The notes under the pieces are model-generated. The model made no database searches. It saw only the letters and a program-made list of their open reading frames with translations, and was not told where the DNA came from. A DNA stretch of 64,000 nt from Clostridia bacterium (lineage in GTDB: Bacteria; Bacillota; Clostridia; Oscillospirales; CAG-272): positions 2,224 through 66,223 of the forward strand of contig JAFVRQ010000009.1 of assembly GCA_017504245.1 (NCBI GenBank). Direction: 5' to 3'. A program made the position numbers and the translations under genes. Below are positions 10,992-20,829 of the stretch, one piece after another (positions within the stretch are counted from its first letter, which is position 1; each line of letters begins with the position of its first letter).

Positions 10992-11078
10992 TTGAATTTT
11001 CTGAGAATTGGAATCGCGTACCTTACCCGATTCCCTTTCTTGCTTTTTATAGAAACCGATAAAGGAGGGAAAAGTGCC

Positions 11079-12092
11079 GTGCGACACGTAAATATACCGA
11101 TTTTTATACCCCATATGGGTTGCCCGAATATGTGTGTGTTTTGTAATCAGCGTTCGATTTCGGGCAAGGTGAATTTTGATATTTCAAGGGTTGAAAACGA
11201 AATTGAGCAAGCTCTTTCGACTGCTAAAGATGATGATTTTATTGAAATTGCATTCTTTGGCGGATCGTTTACTGGCATTGACAGAAATTTGATGTGCGAG
11301 CTTCTTTCCCTTGCTCAAAAATTTATTGACGGGGGCAGGGCTTCGTCAATTCGACTTTCCACCCGACCCGATTATATTGACGGGGAAATTCTTGATATTC
11401 TGTCTAAGTTTTCTGTTGGTACTATTGAGCTTGGGCTTCAGAGTATGGACGACGGAGTTCTTCAAAAAACTAAGCGCGGACATACCTCAGAATGCGCTGA
11501 GCGGGCTTGCAAAATGATTAAGGAGCGCGGCTTTTCACTAATCGGACAGATGATGATCGGCTTGCCCGACTCCACAGTTCAAAAGGAGATTTACACTGCT
11601 CAAAGGATTTGTGAAATGGGTGCTGACGGGGCGCGGATTTATCCAACGGTTGTGTTTTATCAAACGGAGCTTTGCGATATGATGCAAAGCGGAGTTTACA
11701 CGCCGCTTTCAAACGAAGAAGCTGTTGAGAGAACGAAGGAGGCACTTAAGATTTTCGTCGAAAATGATGTGCCCTGCATTCGAGTTGGGCTTCAATCGAG
11801 CGAAAACCTTTCGGACGAAGCATACGTTGCCGGGGGAGCAAATCACTCTGCAATTGGCGAGATGGCTATGAGCGCGCTTTATCTTGACAAGATTTGCGCA
11901 GAGCTTGACAAAATCGACAAGGAAAAAATGCCACAAAATATAGATATTTTGTGCGCTCGTGGTGAAATTTCAAAAATTGTGGGTCAAAAACGCAAAAATA
12001 TTGAAAAAATTTGCCAAAAATATGCAATAAAGAGAGTAAAAGTTCTTGAAAAAAGCGAACTTTTGAGTTATAATATAATAATAGATTTTTAG
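11079..12092 (+). CDS. Radical SAM protein (Elp3/MiaB-like family commonly found between rnc and smc in Clostridia)
   Basis: CPNMCVFC (CxxxCxxC), FFGGSFT, LSTRPD; GTG start after AAGGAGG. Confidence 0.88.
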   Translation: MRHVNIPIFIPHMGCPNMCVFCNQRSISGKVNFDISRVENEIEQALSTAKDDDFIEIAFFGGSFTGIDRNLMCELLSLAQKFIDGGRASSIRLSTRPDYIDGEILDILSKFSVGTIELGLQSMDDGVLQKTKRGHTSECAERACKMIKERGFSLIGQMMIGLPDSTVQKEIYTAQRICEMGADGARIYPTVVFYQTELCDMMQSGVYTPLSNEEAVERTKEALKIFVENDVPCIRVGLQSSENLSDEAYVAGGANHSAIGEMAMSALYLDKICAELDKIDKEKMPQNIDILCARGEISKIVGQKRKNIEKICQKYAIKRVKVLEKSELLSYNIIIDF

Positions 12093-12128
12093 TTTTATTA
12101 TATATCCCGAAAAAAGGAGGATATTGCT

Positions 12129-15100
12129 TTGTATTTAAAGAGCCTTGAAATGCAGGGATTTAAATCATTCCCTGATAAAACCAAGCTGACGTTTGAGAAC
12201 GGCGCAACGGTTATAGTTGGTCCTAACGGAAGCGGAAAATCTAATATTTCCGATGCGATGCGCTGGGTGCTTGGTGAGATTTCATCAAAGAGCTTGCGCG
12301 GTAGCAAGATGGAGGACGTAATTTTTGGCGGTGCGGACTCAAGAAAGCCGATGGGCTTTGCAGAGGTTTCCGTTACCTTTGATAATACCGATTCCGAAAA
12401 CCGTCTTGATGCGCCCTATGATGAGGTCATCGTAACGAGAAGATATTACCGCTCGGGTGAAAGTGAATATTTTATAAACAAGAGGGCCGTGCGCCTTCGC
12501 GATATTTATGAGCTCTTTATGAACACGGGTATCGGACGTGAGGGCTATTCGATTATCGGTCAGGGGAAGATTGCGGAAATAATCTCACGCAAGAGTGAGG
12601 ACAGAAGAAGCATTTTCGAGGATGCATCGGGTATTGCTAAATTCCGCCACAAAAAGACCGAGAGCGAAAGAAAGCTCGCGCAGACAGAGGACAATATGAC
12701 CCGTATCAACGATATTTTCGTTGAGATAAGCGCGCAGGTCGGTCCTCTTGAAAAGGAAGCGGAAAAGGCGAAGAGAGCTATTGAGCTTCTTGAAACGAAG
12801 AAGAAGGTTGACGTTCAGCTTTGGTTCTTCGACACGGAAAAATACAGAAACGATATTGCAAGGGTTGAGGCACTTTATAAGCAATCCTCATTTGAGCTTG
12901 CAACGGCTGAAGAGGCGATTGCCAACTTTGAAGCGCAGAGAGATCATCTTATGGAGGTTTCTCAAAGCAATAGATATGAGTCTGAGCGATTGCTCAGTCA
13001 AATCCACGCGCAAACCGATGTTAATCATAAGCTTGAAAGCACGTACCGTGTGAATGAAAATGATGCTTTACATATTCAATCCTTGATTGACGCAACGGGT
13101 GAAACAAAGGCGCAGATTAATGCTTCTATCGAGGCAGAGAACAAGCAGATCGAAGAGCATCTTGCTAAAATTGAGCAGATTAAGGCAGAGGCAAAATTAA
13201 AATTCAAGGAGCACGATGATGCGGAGGACGAGATTGAACGTCTTGAAAAGGAAATCGCCGCTCTTGAAAAGGAAATTGCCATTGCCTTTGAGGATATGCG
13301 CTCGCTTGAGGCGGAGGAGATGCAGCTCAAGGTTCGTCTTTCCGTTGTTGAGAATGCAAAGAGCACCGATAACGATAAAAACGATACGCTCGTTGCAGAA
13401 ATGCAGGAATACGCCCGCATCGACGAGGAGCTTACGAAGAGTCAAAAGCAGCTTCAGCGCTCGGTTGACGAATATAATGCGGACATTGAAAAGAGCGACG
13501 CAAAAATTTCGGAGCTTGACTCTAATTTGCAAAGAATTCTTCAGCAGAAGGAAAGCATTGACGAGGAGCTTACTCAAAAGAAGCTTGCGTTACAGTCCAC
13601 AAGGCAGAGAATTGATACCTACAAGGCTATGGACGATCAGTTTGAGGGGTACAATAACAGCGTGCGCTTCGTTATGAAGTCATATAGCGAGGGCAAGCTT
13701 GTGGGTCCCGACGGAACGAGTGTTGGTAAGATACACGGTCCTATCTCGAAGTTGATTTCAGTTGACGAAAAATACGTTATTGCGGTTGAAACCTCGCTTG
13801 GCGCGTCAATTCAGAACATCGTTGTTGAGAATGAAAACGTGGCAAAGGCGGCTATGCTTTCTCTGAAGAAAAACGAACAGGGCAGAGCTACATTTATGCC
13901 CATTACGGCTATAAAAGCGCCCACTATCTCGCAGGAGATGAAGGATGCATCGGGCTTTAGGGGCTTTATCGCGTTTGCGGATGACCTTGTTAGCACCAAG
14001 AGTGAATATATGAACATCGTTTCGTATATGCTTGGCAGAATTGCGGTGTTTGACAATATCGACAATGCAACCGAAATGGCAAAGGCACTTAAATACCGCG
14101 TTCGCGCAATCACTCTTGACGGTCAGCAGATTAACGTTGGCGGCTCATTCACGGGTGGTTCGGTTAAGCACGGACAGAGCATTTTGTCACGCGCGGGCGA
14201 GATCAAAAGGCTTGAGGACGAGTGTAAGAAGCTTGGGGAGAGTGTTAACAAGCTTGCAGAGGTTCAAAAGGAGCTTGCGGCAGATATTGAAAAAATTGAC
14301 CGCGAGATTAAGGCACTTGAGGACAGAAAGAAGATTATCGCGCTTATGTCGGGCGGAGAAAACACGAAGCTTCAGCAGATAAACGCGAAGATTGATGCAA
14401 ACAAGACCCTTATGGATAAGCTCCGCGAGGATTACGATAACATCGTTAAGATGCGTGAGCGATATGAGGAGGATTTTGCAACACTTACTGAGCAGATTGC
14501 GGCGTACGATGAAAAGATTTCCGCGATTGCCGAGATCAGAAGCGACAAGGACGTTAAGAAGAATGAGCTTATCGACAAGAAGGACGAGCTTTCTGCTAAT
14601 TTGACGTCGATTTTCATTCGCATTAACGAGCTTCAAAAGGATATTGAAACCGAAAACCTCCTTATCGAAAAGAGCAAGGAGCATATTGAAGCGTTGAAAT
14701 CCGACATCTTGGGTCAGGATGAAAGGGTTAAGGAATACCGCGAGAATCTTGCTTCTCTTGAAAACGCAAGAAGGGAAAACCGCGAAAGATTTGCAGAGGG
14801 CGAAAAGGTACTTGCAGAGCTTAATGCGGAGCGCGCCCGTCTTGAAGAAAACGGCACGGAATATGAGAGAAGAATTAATGCAATCAATGCGAAAATCAAG
14901 GAAAAAACCTCATATAAGGACGACATTTTCAGAGAGAATTCCGTTAACGAGCACAAGCTTGAAAATCTTAAAAACGAATACGATAAGCTTTCAAGTAAGC
15001 TTTGGGACGATCACGAATTAACTCGCAATCAAGCGATGGAGCTTGGATACGAGCAGATTACTGCAGAGGAGCGCCCCGCACTTGCAAAGCTTCAAACCGA

Positions 15101-15761
15101 GTGCAAGAATAAGCTTCGTGCGATAGGTCACGTTGACCTTGACGCCGTGAATAAATACAAAGAGGTTAAGGAACGCTACGATTATATGGATAAGCAAATC
15201 CGCGACCTTAACGCATCAAAGGTTGAGCTTGAGAAGATCATTTCCCAGCTTGACAATGAGATGAAGACCTCGTTTATCGAATCGTTTAACAAAATTAATG
15301 AAAACTTCAACAGAGTGTTCGTTGAGCTTTTCGGCGGTGGATATGCTGAGCTTCAGCTTACCGATCCCGAGGACGTTCTTAACTGCGGCATTGAAATCAA
15401 AGCCGCACCTCCCGGAAAGATTATCAAAAATCTTATGCAGCTTTCGGGTGGTGAGCAGGCATTCATTGCTATTGCGCTCTTCTTTGCGGTGCTTCAGGTT
15501 AACCCCTCGCCATTCTGTATTCTTGACGAGATTGAGGCGGCACTTGACGAGGCGAACGTTTCAAGATTTTCAGAGTATATTAAAAAATATACGGGCGGAA
15601 CGCAGTTCATTCTTATCACGCACAGACGCGGTACTATGGAGAGCGCAAACCGTCTTTACGGCGTAACTATGCCCGAGCACGGTATTTCAAAGATACTTTC
15701 TTTGAACGTTGCAGATATAGCTAAGAAGAAGGAAGGAGATTGGAATGGCATTTTTGGATAA
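12129..15761 (+). CDS. smc: Chromosome segregation protein SMC
   Basis: GPNGSGKSN Walker A, coiled coils, hinge, LSGGE, LDEIEAALD. Confidence 0.98.
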   Translation: MYLKSLEMQGFKSFPDKTKLTFENGATVIVGPNGSGKSNISDAMRWVLGEISSKSLRGSKMEDVIFGGADSRKPMGFAEVSVTFDNTDSENRLDAPYDEVIVTRRYYRSGESEYFINKRAVRLRDIYELFMNTGIGREGYSIIGQGKIAEIISRKSEDRRSIFEDASGIAKFRHKKTESERKLAQTEDNMTRINDIFVEISAQVGPLEKEAEKAKRAIELLETKKKVDVQLWFFDTEKYRNDIARVEALYKQSSFELATAEEAIANFEAQRDHLMEVSQSNRYESERLLSQIHAQTDVNHKLESTYRVNENDALHIQSLIDATGETKAQINASIEAENKQIEEHLAKIEQIKAEAKLKFKEHDDAEDEIERLEKEIAALEKEIAIAFEDMRSLEAEEMQLKVRLSVVENAKSTDNDKNDTLVAEMQEYARIDEELTKSQKQLQRSVDEYNADIEKSDAKISELDSNLQRILQQKESIDEELTQKKLALQSTRQRIDTYKAMDDQFEGYNNSVRFVMKSYSEGKLVGPDGTSVGKIHGPISKLISVDEKYVIAVETSLGASIQNIVVENENVAKAAMLSLKKNEQGRATFMPITAIKAPTISQEMKDASGFRGFIAFADDLVSTKSEYMNIVSYMLGRIAVFDNIDNATEMAKALKYRVRAITLDGQQINVGGSFTGGSVKHGQSILSRAGEIKRLEDECKKLGESVNKLAEVQKELAADIEKIDREIKALEDRKKIIALMSGGENTKLQQINAKIDANKTLMDKLREDYDNIVKMRERYEEDFATLTEQIAAYDEKISAIAEIRSDKDVKKNELIDKKDELSANLTSIFIRINELQKDIETENLLIEKSKEHIEALKSDILGQDERVKEYRENLASLENARRENRERFAEGEKVLAELNAERARLEENGTEYERRINAINAKIKEKTSYKDDIFRENSVNEHKLENLKNEYDKLSSKLWDDHELTRNQAMELGYEQITAEERPALAKLQTECKNKLRAIGHVDLDAVNKYKEVKERYDYMDKQIRDLNASKVELEKIISQLDNEMKTSFIESFNKINENFNRVFVELFGGGYAELQLTDPEDVLNCGIEIKAAPPGKIIKNLMQLSGGEQAFIAIALFFAVLQVNPSPFCILDEIEAALDEANVSRFSEYIKKYTGGTQFILITHRRGTMESANRLYGVTMPEHGISKILSLNVADIAKKKEGDWNGIFG

Positions 15762-16650
15762 ATTAAAGGCAGGACTTCAAAAGACCAAGAAGGCGCTTTT
15801 TGCACCAATCGACCAGATGCTCAAATCATTTACAAAGGTCGATGAGGAGCTTCTTGAGGAGCTTGAGGAAATGCTCATCTGTGCAGACGTTGGCGCAGGT
15901 GCAACTGACGAAATAATTGAAAAGCTCCGCGATGATATCAAGGAGGAAAAAATAAAGGATGCTGACGAGGTTCGCGCGTTCCTTAAAAATACACTTAAAG
16001 AGATGATAGGTGAGGGAGGACCTCTCGTGCTTGACACAAAGCCCTCCGTTATCCTCGTTATAGGTGTTAACGGTGCGGGAAAAACCACCTCTATAGGTAA
16101 GATTTCAAATAAGCTCCGTCAGGACGGCAAAAAGGTCGTTGTTGCGGCGGCGGATACCTTCCGCGCGGCAGCTATTGATCAGCTTGCGGTTTGGTGTGAG
16201 AGAAGCGGAGTCGATCTCGTTAAGCAAAGCGAGGGAAGTGACCCTGCGGCAGTAGTTTACGATGCGATAAGCTATGCTAAAAACAAGGGCGCGGACGTTC
16301 TTATTGTCGATACTGCGGGACGTCTTCACAACAAGAAGAATCTTATGAACGAGCTTGAAAAAATAAACCGCGTTATTTCAAGAGAATTGCCGGGCGCATC
16401 TCGCGAAAACCTTTTGGTGCTTGATGCTACAACGGGACAGAACGCGGTGCTTCAGGCAAAGGAATTTAAGAATGCGGCTGATATCACGGGTCTTGTTCTT
16501 AACAAGCTTGACGGAACCGCAAAGGGCGGCATCGTGCTTTCAATCAAGCGTGAGCTTGGAATTCCCGTTAAGTTTATTGGTGTGGGCGAGAAGATCGACG
16601 ATATGCAGCCCTTTAACGCAGAGGAGTTTATTTCCGCACTTTTTGAATAA
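15745..16650 (+). CDS. ftsY: SRP receptor FtsY
   Basis: GVNGAGKTT, DTFRAAA, DTAGR, KLDGTAKGG. Confidence 0.98.
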   Translation: MAFLDKLKAGLQKTKKALFAPIDQMLKSFTKVDEELLEELEEMLICADVGAGATDEIIEKLRDDIKEEKIKDADEVRAFLKNTLKEMIGEGGPLVLDTKPSVILVIGVNGAGKTTSIGKISNKLRQDGKKVVVAAADTFRAAAIDQLAVWCERSGVDLVKQSEGSDPAAVVYDAISYAKNKGADVLIVDTAGRLHNKKNLMNELEKINRVISRELPGASRENLLVLDATTGQNAVLQAKEFKNAADITGLVLNKLDGTAKGGIVLSIKRELGIPVKFIGVGEKIDDMQPFNAEEFISALFE

Positions 16651-16661
16651 TTGGAGAAGTT

Positions 16662-17270
16662 ATGAAGATAGTTTTTGCATCGGGTAACAAGCATAAAATA
16701 GAAGAATTCGGCGCGATTTTGAAGAAATACATTCCACAAATCGAGGTTGTTTCTATGAAGGATGCCGGCATTTCCGATGATATTGTTGAGGATGGCGCAA
16801 CCTTTGAAGCAAATGCGATGATAAAGGCGAGAGCCGTGGCAAAATACGGATATATCGGTGTTGCGGACGATTCGGGTCTTACGGTTGATGCGCTTGGCGG
16901 CGCGCCGGGGATTTACTCGGCAAGATATGCGGGTGAGCACGGAAACGATAAGAAAAACAATCAAAAATTGCTTCTTGATATGAGGAGAATTGAAAATCGC
17001 GCGGGTGCTTTCGTTTGCACCATTGCGTGCGCATTCCCCGAAAATAGCCAATACAGTGATTTTTGCGTTCGCGGTGAATGTGAGGGAGTTATTCTTCACG
17101 CGGAAAAGGGTGAGGGTGGCTTTGGTTACGATCCCTTGTTCTTCGTTGAAAAATGCGGAAAGACCTATGCGGAGCTTTCTTCTGACGAAAAAAATGAAAT
17201 TAGTCATAGAGCTGTGGCAACTAAGCTTTTTGCAGAAAAATTTGTAAATGAGATTTCAGATAAGGAGTAA
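16662..17270 (+). CDS. rdgB: Non-canonical purine NTP pyrophosphatase (RdgB/HAM1)
   Basis: ADDSGL, PGIYSARY, GFGYDP, KNEISHR. Confidence 0.95.
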   Translation: MKIVFASGNKHKIEEFGAILKKYIPQIEVVSMKDAGISDDIVEDGATFEANAMIKARAVAKYGYIGVADDSGLTVDALGGAPGIYSARYAGEHGNDKKNNQKLLLDMRRIENRAGAFVCTIACAFPENSQYSDFCVRGECEGVILHAEKGEGGFGYDPLFFVEKCGKTYAELSSDEKNEISHRAVATKLFAEKFVNEISDKE

Positions 17271-17272
17271 AA

Positions 17273-17749
17273 ATGGGAAGATACTATACCTCATCGCTCT
17301 TTATCTTCAGTATTTTGGGCGGAGTGGTGACCTTTTTGCTCGTATCGGGTATGGCGGACGTGCCGACCTCGGTATTGTTTGCTTCGTTAACCACACTTGG
17401 AATCTCTCTTGTAATTCCTATGATGTTTGCGGCGTCCGATAAAAAATTCAAACCGCTGAGAAAAGAGATTACCGAGCCCATAGTTATCGACGAGAGAGTT
17501 AATTATCTCGTTGGTAAGGAGATTAAGCAGGGCTTTATGCTCACCACCAAAAACAGTATTTTTGTGCTTTCGACGGATGATGAGAAGCCCGTTAAATTTG
17601 AGATAAAGAAAAGCGATATTAAGAAAATTTCCGTAACCGACGACATTTATCTTAATATATTTCTTGATTATGATAAGTGTATTCGCGTCTTTGCTATGAA
17701 TTGTGAGGAGCTTTCAAAAAAGCTTAAAGCAGAGGGATTTGGAAAATAA
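17273..17749 (+). CDS. Hypothetical membrane protein (two N-terminal TM helices)
   Basis: RBS AAGGAG, operon-coupled, two hydrophobic segments. Confidence 0.7.
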   Translation: MGRYYTSSLFIFSILGGVVTFLLVSGMADVPTSVLFASLTTLGISLVIPMMFAASDKKFKPLRKEITEPIVIDERVNYLVGKEIKQGFMLTTKNSIFVLSTDDEKPVKFEIKKSDIKKISVTDDIYLNIFLDYDKCIRVFAMNCEELSKKLKAEGFGK

Positions 17750-17765
17750 GATTTGGAGAAAAAAT

Positions 17766-18053
17766 ATGTTGAATTCAAAACAAAGGGCTGTGCTTCGCTC
17801 TATGGCGGCGCAAATTCAGCCCATTATGCAGATCGGTAAGGGCGGTATTACCGAAAACCTTGTTAAAACCGTTTCTGATGCTCTTGAAGCGAGAGAGCTT
17901 ATTAAGCTTACCGTACTTGAAAACTGCGACTGGGGTATTCGCGACGTTGCAGAGGAGCTTGCAGAGGCGACCGACGCAGAGGTCGTTGCGGTGATAGGCA
18001 GAAAAGTGGTGCTTTACCGCGAGAGCGAAAATAAAAAGAGAATTGAGATTTGA
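17766..18053 (+). CDS. yhbY: YhbY family RNA-binding protein
   Basis: KQRAVLRS...QIGKGG...RELIK...VIGRKVVLYR. Confidence 0.95.
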   Translation: MLNSKQRAVLRSMAAQIQPIMQIGKGGITENLVKTVSDALEARELIKLTVLENCDWGIRDVAEELAEATDAEVVAVIGRKVVLYRESENKKRIEI

Positions 18054-18055
18054 TT

Positions 18056-18670
18056 ATGAACGAAGAAATTACCCGAATTGGTATTTATTGCGGAACGTTC
18101 GCGCCCATTCATAACGGTCACGTTAATGCCGCGAAGGCATTTATGGATCAAATGCAGCTTCACTATCTTTTCGTGATACCAACTGCGCTTTCCCCTTGGA
18201 AAATTCGTGACGAGGGTGATGATGCCGTTCACAGAATGAAGATGTGCGAGCTTGCTTTTGAGGGTGAGATTGGCGTGATAGTGAGCGATATGGAAATTGA
18301 AAAGGGCGGAACTGCCCACACGGTTGACACCTTGCGCGCGCTTTCAAGAGAGGACCGCAGATTATTCCTCTTGCTTGGCACGGATATGGCACTGAAGCTT
18401 GAAGGCTGGAACGAGCCCGAGGAAATTTTTAAGCTTTGCTATCCTACCTACGTTCGCCGTGAGAGTGACAAGCTTCTTGAAAAACAGATTATTGAAAAAA
18501 ATAATATTTATTTAAAAAAATACGGTAAAATCTGCCGAAGAATTATAACGAACGAGATCGAGCTTTCTTCCTCTGAAATTCGCCAGAGAGTAAGAGAGGG
18601 AAAGGATATTTCACATCTCGTTCCCCAAAAGGTTGCTGAATATATCAAAGAAAATAACCTTTATTTGTAA
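18056..18670 (+). CDS. nadD: Nicotinate-nucleotide adenylyltransferase
   Basis: GTFAPIHNGH, TVDTL, SSSEIR; yhbY-nadD-yqeK context. Confidence 0.9.
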   Translation: MNEEITRIGIYCGTFAPIHNGHVNAAKAFMDQMQLHYLFVIPTALSPWKIRDEGDDAVHRMKMCELAFEGEIGVIVSDMEIEKGGTAHTVDTLRALSREDRRLFLLLGTDMALKLEGWNEPEEIFKLCYPTYVRRESDKLLEKQIIEKNNIYLKKYGKICRRIITNEIELSSSEIRQRVREGKDISHLVPQKVAEYIKENNLYL

Positions 18671-18731
18671 TTTTTATTTTTCTTGACAAAATTTAGCCGA
18701 TAGTTTTCGGTGCATATAGAGTGAGGCAATT

Positions 18732-19361
18732 ATGAATAATAAATTTAGTGAAGAAATGCTTTTTTCCTTGCGAGAAAGCGTAAAAAATGAAATGGGAGAA
18801 AAAAGATATTTTCACACTCTTGAGGTGGAAAAAATGGCGGCGCGACTTGGGGAGATCTATGCTCCGAGTGAGATTTCTATGCTTCGTGCGGCTGCGCTTT
18901 TGCACGATATAACGAAGGAGCGCACAACGGAGGAGCATATCGCGATTTGCGAAAATGCGGGCGAGGTGGTTTCGCTTGGTGACAGAAGAGCACCCAAAAT
19001 GTTCCATTCGAGAACTGCGGCACTCGTTATTCCTGCGAAGTATCCCGAGTTTGCTACACCGGAAATTATAACTGCTGTTCGCTATCATACTACAGGCAGG
19101 GCGAATATGGCACTTGCCGAAAAGATTATTTATCTTGCGGACTATATTGATATGTCAAGAAAATACGGTGATTGCGTTGCGCTTCGCGATTTCTTTTTCG
19201 ATTTCGATTTTGAAAATGCGGACGAGAAGGGAAAAATCCGTCATCTCAACGATACCCTCATTATGTCCTATAACCTCACAATAAAAGGGCTTTTAGAGGA
19301 AAATAAGCACATAGCGGAAACTACCTTTGAAGCGAGAAATTATTTGATTTTGGAAGAATAA
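18732..19361 (+). CDS. yqeK: Ap4A hydrolase YqeK (HD domain)
   Basis: KRYFHT, AALLHD, RYHTTG, IYLADYI. Confidence 0.92.
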   Translation: MNNKFSEEMLFSLRESVKNEMGEKRYFHTLEVEKMAARLGEIYAPSEISMLRAAALLHDITKERTTEEHIAICENAGEVVSLGDRRAPKMFHSRTAALVIPAKYPEFATPEIITAVRYHTTGRANMALAEKIIYLADYIDMSRKYGDCVALRDFFFDFDFENADEKGKIRHLNDTLIMSYNLTIKGLLEENKHIAETTFEARNYLILEE

Positions 19362-19409
19362 TTTTTCGAATTGGACTTCTTTACATAAAAAACAAAAGAG
19401 AGGTCCAAT

Positions 19410-20429
19410 ATGAAAAATGTATTTAAAATTGATTTAAAGGTTGTTTTATTTATACTAACGGTTATGGTTTGCCTTGCGGTCGTTTTGTTTGCGCAGGGGA
19501 ACGCTCGGTCAAACGGTGACGTGACCGATACTGCCATTCGCACAAGCGAAGCGGAGGTTTGCAACTTTTTATTACTTGGCACGGATAAGGCGGCAGGGCT
19601 TTCCGATGTGATTATGCTCGTTTCAGTTAATTTGAGTAACGGCTCGATCAATTTTATGCAAATTCCGCGCGACACCTATTTTGAGTGTGGCTCTACCTAT
19701 AAAAAGCTTAACGGAGCACCCCAAACCCTCGGCAGCGTAAAAGCATTTGCAGAATCGCTCGGCGATGCAATGGGAATAAAAATAAACTATTATCTCTCGC
19801 TTGGGCTTGAAGCCGTTCAAAAAATGGTTGATTTTGTTTCCGGCATTGAGGTCGACGTTCCCTTTGATATGGACTATGAGGATAAATCTCAAAATCTTTC
19901 TATCCACCTAAAAGCAGGCAAACAAACTCTTGACGGCAAGAGCGCGGTGGAGTTTCTAAGATACCGCGCGGGCTATATCACGGGTGATCTTGGCAGAATT
20001 AACGCTCAAAAGCTCTTTATGAATGCCTTCGTGAAAAGAATCGGTGAGATGGGAAATCCACTTGCTTTATTCAATCTTTGCAGGTTGGTTTTGAGCAATT
20101 CCGAAACTAATATCAAGGAATCGGATATTTTTTCACTCTGCTTGAAATATGCAAGGGTTAAGGGCGGTTCCGTTTCCTATATGACTGCCCCGGGTGAAGC
20201 GTTGCAGGATGCGAACAGCGGTGCCTGGTATTATATTTTGTCGCATTCCTCTATGGCAGAGCTTGTTTGCGATAGATTTGGCGCGCGAGAGGACAAAAAA
20301 GATTTTGATAAAGCAAAAAGATTTGTTGACATAAACGAGAAATCGTTTTATGATATATATAATAAATTCTGCGAGGTGAAAATTTACTCCGCGGATGACG
20401 TTGAAAACAATGAAGTCAATATAAATTAG
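19410..20429 (+). CDS. LCP (LytR-CpsA-Psr) family protein
   Basis: N-terminal TM; FLLLGTD, SDVIML, IPRDT, GDLGRINAQ. Confidence 0.92.
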   Translation: MKNVFKIDLKVVLFILTVMVCLAVVLFAQGNARSNGDVTDTAIRTSEAEVCNFLLLGTDKAAGLSDVIMLVSVNLSNGSINFMQIPRDTYFECGSTYKKLNGAPQTLGSVKAFAESLGDAMGIKINYYLSLGLEAVQKMVDFVSGIEVDVPFDMDYEDKSQNLSIHLKAGKQTLDGKSAVEFLRYRAGYITGDLGRINAQKLFMNAFVKRIGEMGNPLALFNLCRLVLSNSETNIKESDIFSLCLKYARVKGGSVSYMTAPGEALQDANSGAWYYILSHSSMAELVCDRFGAREDKKDFDKAKRFVDINEKSFYDIYNKFCEVKIYSADDVENNEVNIN

Positions 20430-20439
20430 GAGAAACAGT

Positions 20440-20826
20440 ATGGAAGAAATGACAAATTTGAACGAAGAGATAGTATCTCTTGAAAATGCATCTCCCCTTG
20501 AGGTAGCGAAGGCAATCGAAACCTTTCTTGACAACAAAAAGGGAAGAGATATTAAGGTTCTTCACGTTGAGGACGTTACGAGCATCGCGGATTATTTCGT
20601 GGTTTGCACCGCAACGAGCAACACTCATGTTAAAGCACTTTCGGGCGAGGTTGAATATCAGCTTGAAAGACGTGGTGTGAATGCTTATCACATTGAGGGC
20701 AGGGACAACAACTCTTGGGTGGTTCTTGACTATTGCAACGTGCTTGTTCACATCTTTAACAGAGAAGCAAGAGATTTTTATAATCTTGACAAATTATACG
20801 AAAATACCACAGCAGTAGAGGAATAA
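20440..20826 (+). CDS. rsfS: Ribosome silencing factor
   Basis: DNKKGRDI, ADYFVVCT, WVVLDY, VHIF..EARDFYNLDKL. Confidence 0.96.
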   Translation: MEEMTNLNEEIVSLENASPLEVAKAIETFLDNKKGRDIKVLHVEDVTSIADYFVVCTATSNTHVKALSGEVEYQLERRGVNAYHIEGRDNNSWVVLDYCNVLVHIFNREARDFYNLDKLYENTTAVEE

Positions 20827-20829
20827 AAA

